Below are positions 18,002-25,883 of a DNA stretch of 28,150 bases, piece after piece. The notes beneath the pieces are model-generated. The model saw nothing but the letters and a program-made list of their open reading frames with translations. It did no database searches and was not told the origin of the DNA. Source of the DNA: a virus (taxonomy: Duplodnaviria; Caudoviricetes); IMG/VR virus record IMGVR_UViG_3300006879_000017, positions 1-28,150 of that record; one strand, 5' to 3'. The number at the start of each line of letters is the position of its first letter. The first letter of the stretch is position 1. A program made the translations under genes and the position numbers.

Positions 18002-19105
18002 TTAGGCCTCCTTGTTATTGCGAGTTAAACGGGCAACGTAGGCATTGTGGCCATCGTCTGCGCTATCGGTAGTGGTTCTAAGTAGAGCGCTTTTGACTGG
18101 GTCAGCTGGCTTGGCGTCCTTGGCGATGGCCTTGAACATGCCGAGGATTACGGCGTCGGAAGCGTCCGCGACCATCTCGTCGCCCAGCTTGGCAGCAACA
18201 GCAGCCTTACGCAGATCAGCATCGGTCAGCCCCTTGGCTTCGATCTTGCCGTCAATGGCCTTGACCTGTGCAACCAGTTCGGTGCGAGCAGCGACCAGTG
18301 CGTCGACGTCGATCTCGGCGGCTTTCTTGGCGTCAGCGAGTTCTGCCTTCAGCTTGCCGATTTCTTCGTCTTTGGCCTCGATGGCGGCGGCATGTTTTGA
18401 CTCAGTATCAGCCAGCGCCTTAGCTGCGGCATCTTTGAATCGCTCAACTTCTGCGGCGTCCTCGGCGAGTACTTGCACTGCCTTGTCGCCCAATACAACG
18501 GTTTTGGTGGTCATAAGACCCTCCTTTGTGGTTTTGGGCGTCACGCCCTGTTTTACGTTATCGTTAATCGGGGCAACACCCCATGAATCGCCTATTCTGG
18601 CAGTTCCGGCGCGGCCATGCTGTTCTTGGCTAATATGATTTATTCGTATATTGCGCTGTACGGCATCGTATTCTTCACCGGTATCAGTTACGCCGCGCTC
18701 AAACTCGACCTTGCAGGTGTAGCCCATGGATAATTCGCGTCGGCCGTTATGGTAATCAGCGATAGCTTGCGCATCCATTAGCACCAATGGCACACGCACA
18801 TGGTCGCCATCACGTACCACGTCACCTCCTAACTGACCGGTGGCAACTTGCTTCCAGTTATCCGTCGTCACCGGCTCGGATGGATGGCCATTTACAGCCG
18901 GCTTGTGTGCGTAACTGGCCAAACTGTCCTTATGGAAAACCTCAGACTCGGGGCGATACACACGCACAATATCAAGATCAGGTCGACCCAACTCTGCGCC
19001 TGTATATAACTGGATGCCAGTTCGCGCCGCCTTCACATCTGCAACCAGATAGCCGTCACTTGTAATGCGCGGCTGGCCGGTTGTTACGCTGTCTAGGAAC
19101 CTCAT
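18002..19105 (-). CDS. Prohead protease/scaffold (DUF2213)
   Basis: RITSDGYL, ARTGIQ.Y, VYRPESEVF, ELSMGY and NH....GRAG motifs, with a coiled-coil C-terminal half. Confidence 0.9.
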   Translation of the reverse strand: MRFLDSVTTGQPRITSDGYLVADVKAARTGIQLYTGAELGRPDLDIVRVYRPESEVFHKDSLASYAHKPAVNGHPSEPVTTDNWKQVATGQLGGDVVRDGDHVRVPLVLMDAQAIADYHNGRRELSMGYTCKVEFERGVTDTGEEYDAVQRNIRINHISQEQHGRAGTARIGDSWGVAPINDNVKQGVTPKTTKEGLMTTKTVVLGDKAVQVLAEDAAEVERFKDAAAKALADTESKHAAAIEAKDEEIGKLKAELADAKKAAEIDVDALVAARTELVAQVKAIDGKIEAKGLTDADLRKAAVAAKLGDEMVADASDAVILGMFKAIAKDAKPADPVKSALLRTTTDSADDGHNAYVARLTRNNKEA

Positions 19106-20418
19106 AATTTACCCTCAGTAAAACTATTTTGCTCATATAGCGTACCGTATTCTTCTACCGACTTTTCAAGGCCAGGCAACACGCCTAATTCAGTCAGCTC
19201 GTTCACAAGGCTATCAGATAGCGCGTCGAGTGGAATAATCTCGCCCGCTGTGCTGCCAGCGATTGCACGAGCACCATTTGCGACTTTGCCGAATATATCA
19301 GCGCGCTCAAGCTCTGTGCTCTGACGCAGTGGTCGCCACTCATAGTACACTTCTGGTGGATTACTGCCTAGCGCTTGACGAACGATTAGTCGGTCTAGCT
19401 TGCGCATAGCAGGTCCAATGCGGTTCGCTTGCTCGTGAGCAACACGATCATAATACACGCGCTCGTCGCCGTCACCTTGACCAGACAGACCAGCTGCAGA
19501 GCGACCAAACAAGCGCGTAACGGGTATACGAAATGCGCCGGAAACCTCTTCTTGGTACTTAGCGATAAGCTCAGGCAGGCTTCCGAACGATGCTGTTTTC
19601 TGGTCGTACTCATCCTCTCCGTCAATCACGACCGAGCCGTTAATGCCCTTCATTGCAGCCTGCAGGTGCGCACGGCTGATAATTGCATCATCCTGATTCG
19701 CGGCCAACATATCGGCAAAGCCTTTGAACTTGAATACGTCAACCTTGGCTTCGAAAATCAGGCTGGCGATATTTGCCATCGTGCTATTGCGCTGATTGAG
19801 CGCATCGCGTGCGGCCTTGATTACGCTATCACCCCACGCTGAATCGTTGGTCGAATAAGCAGGGTCTTTAACTGCATGCGCACCGTGCAGGATCACGAAA
19901 CGGCTCGCATGAATGGTTACGCGCTCACCATTATCACCGCTGTTTATCGTGTAGAACTCCGGCATACCGTAGTATTCGCTGTCAATGTCTTTGACCACCG
20001 GCTCAAATTTTAGCGTGTTGCGCGTCATCACCACGAGAGACTTTATCTGCTCGTTTTCGCCCAGCGGTAGTGATTTATCAGGCGCTTCGGTATTGATATA
20101 GATTGCAGCGCCGCCCAGCAAACGTGCACTAACCAAACACTCTTGCAGCTTTGATTGCAAGCCTAGCTGCTCTTCAACCGCCTCGATCTTGCTGATCTGC
20201 TCAGCGGTAGCACGCCACGACCGCCATTTGCGCACAGCATCTTCTGCGGGTAAATCAACGCCAGCGCGCGCAACCCAGCTAACCGCATAGGTAGTTAGCA
20301 GGTCTTGTGGGTCGTACATCGTATCGACGTACTGAGTGTGCGCGGCCTTGTCCCTTGCTGTACCTAAATTGGCAACAACATTTCGCAGTCCGTCAGCTAT
20401 GTTAGTTAATATACGCAT
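19102..20418 (-). CDS. Portal protein (DUF1073 / T1-like family)
   Basis: VDLPAEDAVRKWR, ARLLGGA, WGDS and IPVTRLFGRSAAGL...YYD motifs. Likely start is ATG 20418 after GGTGG. Confidence 0.88.
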   Translation of the reverse strand: MRILTNIADGLRNVVANLGTARDKAAHTQYVDTMYDPQDLLTTYAVSWVARAGVDLPAEDAVRKWRSWRATAEQISKIEAVEEQLGLQSKLQECLVSARLLGGAAIYINTEAPDKSLPLGENEQIKSLVVMTRNTLKFEPVVKDIDSEYYGMPEFYTINSGDNGERVTIHASRFVILHGAHAVKDPAYSTNDSAWGDSVIKAARDALNQRNSTMANIASLIFEAKVDVFKFKGFADMLAANQDDAIISRAHLQAAMKGINGSVVIDGEDEYDQKTASFGSLPELIAKYQEEVSGAFRIPVTRLFGRSAAGLSGQGDGDERVYYDRVAHEQANRIGPAMRKLDRLIVRQALGSNPPEVYYEWRPLRQSTELERADIFGKVANGARAIAGSTAGEIIPLDALSDSLVNELTELGVLPGLEKSVEEYGTLYEQNSFTEGKL

Positions 20419-20444
20419 GCATACCACCGTCTTTATATTTGTCA

Positions 20445-20473
20445 ATCATACAGCTATATGCGGATTGTAACAA
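20445..20473 (-). promoter_or_regulatory. Putative sigma70 promoter for the head operon
   Basis: TTGTTA-17 nt-TATGAT in the terL-portal gap. Confidence 0.45.
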
Positions 20474-20475
20474 CA

Positions 20476-22065
20476 CTAGAGAAAGCCTGACCATGAGTAG
20501 CCCTCATTCTTCGTAACTGCGAACGCCATCATAGCGCTATCGGCCAAGTTTGGCGATTTTGTGCCGTCAGGCGCTTTATTGATCTGAATCTTGCCACGGC
20601 TTGAACGCTTGTATGTTGGCTGGCTAAGCTCGGTGACTAGATTGTTCTGCTGCGCCATTCCTTTGCGTATAACGATTATATCGTCAACATTGAATGGCTT
20701 TCCCTCGGTGACCGCCTCATGGGTTATCTTGAACCGGTCGCGCAATAACCACCACGACTGCGCCTTTAAATTATCAAAGAAGCTTTCATTGGTACGGCCT
20801 TTGACGTATTCCTTGTCTGGATTTACTACGCTCGCGCCACCATGGAACGCCTCGCATTCAATATGCTTTAATCCGTTTTCTGATCGATCAATGTTTATCA
20901 CCCTAGCATCACCGCGCACGCCAGCACCAAGACCGTCCGAGTCATAGCGCAATCGGTCAATGCCCCACTCATCACATAACCCAAACGCCTTCTGAGTCGT
21001 GCCGTAAATATCTTCAACGGTTTTTCCGTGCCATTCCTTAGCGTCCTCAATGATTACGCCGTCTCGCAATGTGATTGCGTTGCTATCCTTCCCGAGGTCT
21101 GCAACGTCAAGCGCGGCCAGTCGTTCGCCTGAAGCATCAACACCTAGCTTCTTGTCAGCGTCAATAGCAGACTGCACCCATGCGCTAGGAATCAGTACAC
21201 CATCAACCGATGCCGCAAAGTCAATGTCGATCTCTTGAGCTACTGTAATCGGGTCAAGTATTGATTTCTGCTTCTCGTACCACTCATCATCTTTGCGCGG
21301 ATCGTCACGCCAATGGAACGTGAATGTGTCGAACTTCCCAGACCTTACCTTTTCTGCAAACGGGTTAGCTAGGCCATTAGGCGTTGATATATCAAGCCTG
21401 CAATTCGTGGTCTGTGATAGCGACGCCTCGACAAGCTGGGGGCGCTCTAGGAATGCGCTCTCATCAACAAAATAGATACTGGCACGATCACCTCGCCCGA
21501 TACCGTCGCCTGCCTCGCCAACTAAAACTGAACCAGTATTTGGAAACTTGATTCGCATATGTGGATCTGTAACGCCTTGCACGTAACCACCGCGCAACTC
21601 CGGTGGCAGAAGCTGCATAAACATACGTGCTTTAAAGAAAAGACTTTTAGGGCTGCCGATCTTGTCTACGTATTCCTCTTTGCGACTACCAAAACCGATC
21701 ACCAGATCATCTCTAGTCACGCTAAGCACGCAAGCGAGCGCAACAGATAACCAGCTTAGACCCATATCGCGGCTTTTAACTGTTGGCGCAGATGTTTGGC
21801 TTTTCCATTTATCGACCGCCCAATCAACCCATTCAACCTGCTTAGGGAAAAGAATAAAAGGAATGATAACAGGTAGGCCGCGCTCTGCGTTTCTTGGGTC
21901 AGCAGTACAACCCCAGTCTATAATCATCTGAGCTGGATTATTGCGGTAGTAAGCAAGCAGATTAGAAAATGCATTAGGTGTTGCTCGCAGCTTCTTTAAT
22001 CGCTCTGCGCGCTGAGCAAAGACCGATGAATAGTCAGGGTTTCTAAAATCAAAACCATCAGCCAT
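20476..22065 (-). CDS. terL: Terminase large subunit
   Basis: Walker A variant KSRDMG, Walker B YFVDE, STPNG, nuclease LDVAD.G.D and KSPNLADS. Confidence 0.95.
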   Translation of the reverse strand: MADGFDFRNPDYSSVFAQRAERLKKLRATPNAFSNLLAYYRNNPAQMIIDWGCTADPRNAERGLPVIIPFILFPKQVEWVDWAVDKWKSQTSAPTVKSRDMGLSWLSVALACVLSVTRDDLVIGFGSRKEEYVDKIGSPKSLFFKARMFMQLLPPELRGGYVQGVTDPHMRIKFPNTGSVLVGEAGDGIGRGDRASIYFVDESAFLERPQLVEASLSQTTNCRLDISTPNGLANPFAEKVRSGKFDTFTFHWRDDPRKDDEWYEKQKSILDPITVAQEIDIDFAASVDGVLIPSAWVQSAIDADKKLGVDASGERLAALDVADLGKDSNAITLRDGVIIEDAKEWHGKTVEDIYGTTQKAFGLCDEWGIDRLRYDSDGLGAGVRGDARVINIDRSENGLKHIECEAFHGGASVVNPDKEYVKGRTNESFFDNLKAQSWWLLRDRFKITHEAVTEGKPFNVDDIIVIRKGMAQQNNLVTELSQPTYKRSSRGKIQINKAPDGTKSPNLADSAMMAFAVTKNEGYSWSGFL

Positions 22066-22540
22066 TCATCAAGTCCTGGTAAGCTTTCGCAGCGTCTTGA
22101 GGGTTCATGTCTGCGGTTACTTTAATATCTTGTGTCTGCTTAACTTCCTGCTTATCAGCCAAGCCGAGGTCACGGGCAATAATATTCGGATTCAGCATAT
22201 CAGCAGCAGCGCCGGTGAACTTCTGTTCATAGATGATTTCTTCGGCTCGCGTGATGACTGGGAAAAAATCTTCTAGCTCCTTGTAATTTAACCAAGTTTT
22301 ATGATCAATATCCAGGAAAAGCCTAAGCCCCGTCAGAGTCATAGCGCGCATCTTGCTAACAGTGTCTTTTGTGATCTGGCCGTTGGTGTGAAAGATCTTC
22401 TGCTCAAGCAGCGGGTTATCTTCCACCCATTGAAAGTATTCAACACAAGCCGCCCACAAGCATTCCGGCGTAGAGAATATCTTATCTCTGCCGTGCTTTG
22501 ATCTTGCCTTCCAGAATTGATTACCTACCGGAGCAGCCAT
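22058..22540 (-). CDS. terS: Terminase small subunit, P22 gp3-like
   Basis: [18 protein letters not shown]..., [19 protein letters not shown] and [24 protein letters not shown], closely paralleling P22 gp3. Confidence 0.92.
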   Translation of the reverse strand: MAAPVGNQFWKARSKHGRDKIFSTPECLWAACVEYFQWVEDNPLLEQKIFHTNGQITKDTVSKMRAMTLTGLRLFLDIDHKTWLNYKELEDFFPVITRAEEIIYEQKFTGAAADMLNPNIIARDLGLADKQEVKQTQDIKVTADMNPQDAAKAYQDLMNG

Positions 22541-22549
22541 ACCACCACC

Positions 22550-22680
22550 TCAAATCTTACACGCATCACCACAGTCATTATCCTCCTCAATCGGCTGATC
22601 ATCGCCTGCAAGTTTCTGCTCTCTGCGCTTCTCAGCTTCTGCTAATGCGCGTTCATCAATATCAAAATATCTAAACTCAT
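22550..22680 (-). pseudogene. Mini-ORF with an apparent 1-nt frameshift; restored product is 43 aa ending DCGDACKI
   Basis: ATG AGT TTA GAT ATT TT(T) GAT...: adding one T to the T4 run gives MSLDIFDIDERALAEAEKRREQKLAGDDQPIEEDNDCGDACKI, whose stop overlaps the terS RBS. Confidence 0.5.
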
Positions 22681-22707
22681 ACCACCAAAAAAACAATCAC
22701 TGCTGGC

Positions 22708-22716
22708 ATTGTAGCA
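22708..22716 (-). promoter_or_regulatory. Putative extended -10 promoter upstream of the packaging genes
   Basis: TGCTACAAT 4 nt after the tRNA CCA end; no good -35. Confidence 0.4.
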
Positions 22717-22720
22717 TAGT

Positions 22721-22797
22721 TGGCGCGCCTGGCAGGAATCGAACCTGCAACCTACGGCTTAGGAGGCCGTCGCTCTGTCCTATTGAGCTACAGGCGC
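22721..22797 (-). tRNA. tRNA-Arg, anticodon CCU
   Basis: GCGCCTG acceptor stem / CAGGCGC-G-CCA; D arm GCTC-AATAGGACA-GAGC; anticodon arm ACGGC-CT CCT AA-GCCGT; T arm GCAGG-TTCGATT-CCTGC; 77 nt. Confidence 0.97.
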
Positions 22798-22799
22798 GT

Positions 22800-22900
22800 A
22801 ATGCAGTGGCACGCGCTGAACCCGTGCTTGACTGAGATTACCGGCTAGCTCAGTCGCTCTTATTTGTTCGCTGCCAATCAGCCTTGGAATTCACTGCATT
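22800..22900 (-). ncRNA. Putative structured RNA (four-way junction with loop-loop pairing)
   Basis: Closing helix AATGCAGTG/CACTGCATT. Inner hairpins CCAA-GGCTGA-TTGG, GACTGAG/CTCAGTC and GCACG-GGTTCAGCG-CGTGC. Loops GCTGA and TCAGC are complementary. Confidence 0.6.
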
Positions 22901-23002
22901 GAGAAACCGCTGCCGTTCAGTCATGCGCGGAGCTTATCGAAACGACTTAACGAGTTACTAGGTAGCGGCTTCTCAATACACACTGGTTACGCCAGTGAGT
23001 CA

Positions 23003-23104
23003 CTATCCAATTAAATACTTCCCAAGCGCTGCAACCGCCAGTATCGGCGTCAGAGCTACGCACATAAGCACGACTGTTAGTAAAATATCTACTAGCTTAC
23101 TCAC
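23003..23104 (-). CDS. 33-aa hydrophobic peptide
   Basis: GGGAGGT RBS and GTG start; MSKLVDILLTVVLMCVALTPILAVAALGKYLIG. Below the ORF-track cutoff. Confidence 0.6.
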   Translation of the reverse strand: MSKLVDILLTVVLMCVALTPILAVAALGKYLIG

Positions 23105-23146
23105 CGCTACCTCCCATCAATCCACCTAATGACACTAACTAGCGTC

Positions 23147-23365
23147 TCAATCATTGATTGTAGTTTTGTTTGTCTTGTCATTGCCCTCTCTTTTGATTTT
23201 GTCTTGCTGTGCGCACCATAGGGTTACAAATGCAAAAAAACCAGCATCTGTAAATGAAAAAATAGTACTTGCGTCCAAAATATAATCAAGGACACGAATA
23301 GCAATAATGTAAGAAACCGTGATTGCTAGCCACTTGTAAAGCGAACCACTGAGCAAATTTTTCAT
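23147..23365 (-). CDS. Small membrane protein, 72 aa, two hydrophobic segments
   Basis: GAGGT RBS before ATG 23365 (MKNLLSG...WLAITVSYIIAI...FFAFVTLW); charged C-terminal tail. Confidence 0.65.
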   Translation of the reverse strand: MKNLLSGSLYKWLAITVSYIIAIRVLDYILDASTIFSFTDAGFFAFVTLWCAQQDKIKREGNDKTNKTTIND

Positions 23366-23429
23366 ATTTACCTCTATTATAAAATTACATAACTGTAAGC
23401 AGCACCGGATAAAGCTGGTGTGAGTTTTG

Positions 23430-23564
23430 TTATTTGTGTCGGAGGTCAACTTGCAGTTTTGCTATTTGCTCTCTAAGCTCTCCCGTCAGTTTTACAAAAT
23501 GCACCCCAAGAACAGCTGTCACCAATGTTGCTCCTACAAGAAACCCTGCGGAAAACGCAACCAT
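23430..23564 (-). CDS. 44-aa membrane-anchored coiled-coil peptide
   Basis: AAGGTG RBS; MVAFSAGFLVGATLVTAVLGVHFVKLTGELREQIAKLQVDLRHK. Confidence 0.6.
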   Translation of the reverse strand: MVAFSAGFLVGATLVTAVLGVHFVKLTGELREQIAKLQVDLRHK

Positions 23565-23719
23565 AATTCTCACCTTTTATTTTTCCGCTAAAACATCTAT
23601 TTTTGAGTGTCTTTCGCCAGTGTATTCGTGCTTTGTTTCCTCTGGCCTGTCATGTGCACCGAACACTATCTCGCAAAAATCATACAAACAATGCTTTACG
23701 CCAAATCCGTCTTCTCCCC

Positions 23720-23797
23720 AAAATAAAAAAGCACTGACTTCCATTCTGCGCGGTATGGCCAACGGGGAGAGGCCGCAAAATGAAAATCAGTGCTTTT
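23720..23797 (-). promoter_or_regulatory. Long leader hairpin A with U-tract (attenuator/terminator-like)
   Basis: 24-bp stem AAAAGCACTGATTTTCATTTTGCG/CGCAGAATGGAAGTCAGTGCTTTT with three G-U pairs and no mismatch on the minus strand, followed by TTATTTT. Confidence 0.7.
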
Positions 23798-23832
23798 GTA
23801 TTCCCGTTTATTGTCACCGCTGACTTATTAAG

Positions 23833-23860
23833 ATACTACACCACGGCTGCCTGGTGTCAA
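23833..23860 (-). promoter_or_regulatory. Sigma70 promoter with palindromic operator across the spacer
   Basis: TTGACA-16 nt-TAGTAT; ACACCA-CGGCTGCC-TGGTGT palindrome at 23838-23857. Confidence 0.65.
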
Positions 23861-23937
23861 CACCGCAAAACCCCCTAAATTGCTAATTATTCAAAGCCGA
23901 TATACGGCAGCGTGCATGTTGACCAATATTATTGTTT

Positions 23938-24363
23938 TCATTTTTTCACCAGAAAATACCCAAAAAATGCAGCGCTTCGTCCATCCTCATTACTACGCCC
24001 ACTCCACCCTGTGACGCGCTCAAATTGCGCTTTGTTTTTCGCCCAATTGCCACGCTGCGGCTTAAATAAACGATACCCAATATCGTAATGCTCCAGCCAC
24101 TGCATTAGCTCGTATTGAGCCTGCTGACACCTACCCACACTCATTGCAATACGGCTTTGAACTGCCTTATTGCTTCGTGTGTTGCGCCCATAAACAAACG
24201 TGTTCGCTAGTACGTCCTCAATAGCAAAAACTGCCGCTGTGTTTTCTTTGGCAAACTCAATAATCTCAATACTGGTTTTTCTTCCGCACTCCACTAGCTC
24301 ACCGTTTTTATACAGTGCAAAGCCGTGCTTATCACTGTCGGGGTCAATACCTACCACAAGCAT
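23938..24363 (-). CDS. RuvC-like Holliday junction resolvase / nuclease
   Basis: VVGIDP, AIE and C-terminal NEDGRSAA: the acidic RNase H-fold catalytic pattern; GGAGG RBS. Confidence 0.75.
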   Translation of the reverse strand: MLVVGIDPDSDKHGFALYKNGELVECGRKTSIEIIEFAKENTAAVFAIEDVLANTFVYGRNTRSNKAVQSRIAMSVGRCQQAQYELMQWLEHYDIGYRLFKPQRGNWAKNKAQFERVTGWSGRSNEDGRSAAFFGYFLVKK

Positions 24364-24365
24364 CC

Positions 24366-24605
24366 CTACCTCCTATAATCAGCAATAGCTTGAATCACTT
24401 CGCCTGGGATATCGTCCATTGTTGCGACGTACTTTTCCGCATAAAACGAAAACACTGCTTTCTCTATTTCTTTTCGCGTGCTTCCAATCGCATGATGCAG
24501 AGCTGCTGGCGCGCCACACTCGAAGCAGCCATGCTCAGCCAAGAAGTTGTGAAACCGTTTCTGTTCAGTATTAGGTGCTACCGCTCTTTTCATTCTTCTG
24601 CCCAT
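24366..24605 (-). CDS. Truncated HNH/Ref(DUF968)-like protein, possibly a pseudogene
   Basis: GCFECGAPAALHH is present, but the second PLCxxH zinc motif is absent. Start is 24605 or 24593. Confidence 0.55.
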   Translation of the reverse strand: MGRRMKRAVAPNTEQKRFHNFLAEHGCFECGAPAALHHAIGSTRKEIEKAVFSFYAEKYVATMDDIPGEVIQAIADYRR

Positions 24606-24609
24606 AAAA

Positions 24610-25392
24610 TTAAAACAAGTCCAACATTTGACCATCTACTCTTTTTTTAGCAAAGTTGAAATAATCTTCGTTTATCTCAACCCCTAAAAACCTTCTTTTA
24701 TGCTTTTTTGCTGCCGCCATAGCTGTTCCTGTTCCCATAAAAGGATCGAGAACCATATCGCCCTGCTTTGTGAAGTTTAGTATAATTGTCTCAACCAAAG
24801 ATGTTGGAAACGTTGCTCCATGGTACTGTGATAACTGACTCCTTTCTCTTTTTATTTGCCACAGGTTATCAAGGGTTCCTTTGTCAAATTCGGCACAATC
24901 AAAAGATCTAGTTATGGCGTCATCCTGAGATAAAACCAAGATAAATTCATAACGACTATTCAAACAGCCATTCGATATTGATGGCTGAGCATTTACCTTA
25001 TCCCAAATAATTGTTTCTTTGATTTTGTCGTGAAAATGCCCCATGAGCTTGAACAAAGCTGGTTTGTTCCCAGTTACCATTTGTATGTTAAAGAAAACAA
25101 GCTCAGAAACTCTAAGAAGCTCATTAATGACATTTTTATTAAAAATAAAGTATTCCTCCATCGTAAGATTGTCATCAAAACCAATATATTTGGTGCTTAT
25201 CTCTTTCACTATTTGTCTAGATACATACTGCCCATTTCTAACTCTAAGATTCATGTTATAGGGAGGGCTTGTAACACAAACTTGAGCGAACTTGTCTGGA
25301 AGAGACTTTAGCTCTTGAAGACAGTCACCAAGTATCAAAACACCACCTTCAAGATGATGACCTGTATCTATCGCTAAATTTTTATTATTCAT
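24610..25392 (-). CDS. Orphan DNA amino-methyltransferase, beta class (m4C/m6A)
   Basis: Motif IV TSPPY at the N-terminus, IIWDK, HGATFP and motif I VLDPFMGTGT at the C-terminus. Confidence 0.93.
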   Translation of the reverse strand: MNNKNLAIDTGHHLEGGVLILGDCLQELKSLPDKFAQVCVTSPPYNMNLRVRNGQYVSRQIVKEISTKYIGFDDNLTMEEYFIFNKNVINELLRVSELVFFNIQMVTGNKPALFKLMGHFHDKIKETIIWDKVNAQPSISNGCLNSRYEFILVLSQDDAITRSFDCAEFDKGTLDNLWQIKRERSQLSQYHGATFPTSLVETIILNFTKQGDMVLDPFMGTGTAMAAAKKHKRRFLGVEINEDYFNFAKKRVDGQMLDLF

Positions 25393-25397
25393 TTCTT

Positions 25398-25883
25398 TTA
25401 AGCCTCCCTGTATTCGTTATAGATTTTCGTAACAATCGGCGACCACTGCACGCCCATGTCTGTACCTGTCGAGTACAGAAACTCAATGAAATTACCCGCC
25501 TCTTCTTTGTTAAAATCGGTAGTGCTTGGTCGCACATAAACAAATCGCTTGCTAATCCAGTTCCACGTATGACGGCTTGGCTTTCGTAGCGGCGCCCCCT
25601 GCTGATCCATTTCGCCAGAAAACGCATCTACTAGCGCCGCTTTAACATCCTCAAGGCTCGATGCAGATAGGCGCCTCTTGTTTCCCTCGGGGTCGGACAC
25701 TACGCCCTGCGCTCGAATATCGCTTATTAGCGCGTGAAACTTTGCGTTTTGCTGTAGCGACCTTGATGGCCTGCCAAGCGTCACAAGCACAGGGCCTTTC
25801 AGTGCCCCCTTGCAAACCATTTCCCACACGCGCAGCATGGTGGTTTTTTTATCCTCATGAGTCACGATCTGCTTCCAGCTCAT
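25398..25883 (-). CDS. ninB: NinB/YbcN-family recombination protein
   Basis: RSLQQNAKFHALISDI and ST..FNKEE..NFIEFL...G...GV.W motifs; position after P. Confidence 0.8.
   Translation of the reverse strand: MSWKQIVTHEDKKTTMLRVWEMVCKGALKGPVLVTLGRPSRSLQQNAKFHALISDIRAQGVVSDPEGNKRRLSASSLEDVKAALVDAFSGEMDQQGAPLRKPSRHTWNWISKRFVYVRPSTTDFNKEEAGNFIEFLYSTGTDMGVQWSPIVTKIYNEYREA

Noticed and set aside
16614-18638. Long plus-strand ORFs (259, 197 and 116 aa) opposite the capsid and scaffold genes
   Set aside because: Antisense shadows of strongly codon-biased genes; no motifs or RBS.
19102-20418. Anti-CBASS Acb1 label often attached to DUF1073 proteins
   Set aside because: Size, motifs and position after terL identify this gene as the portal.
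23577-23762. 61-aa minus-strand ORF
   Set aside because: Its possible starts are buried in hairpin A and no in-frame start follows the downstream GGGGAG. It may be a gene remnant, but it is unsupported as a CDS.
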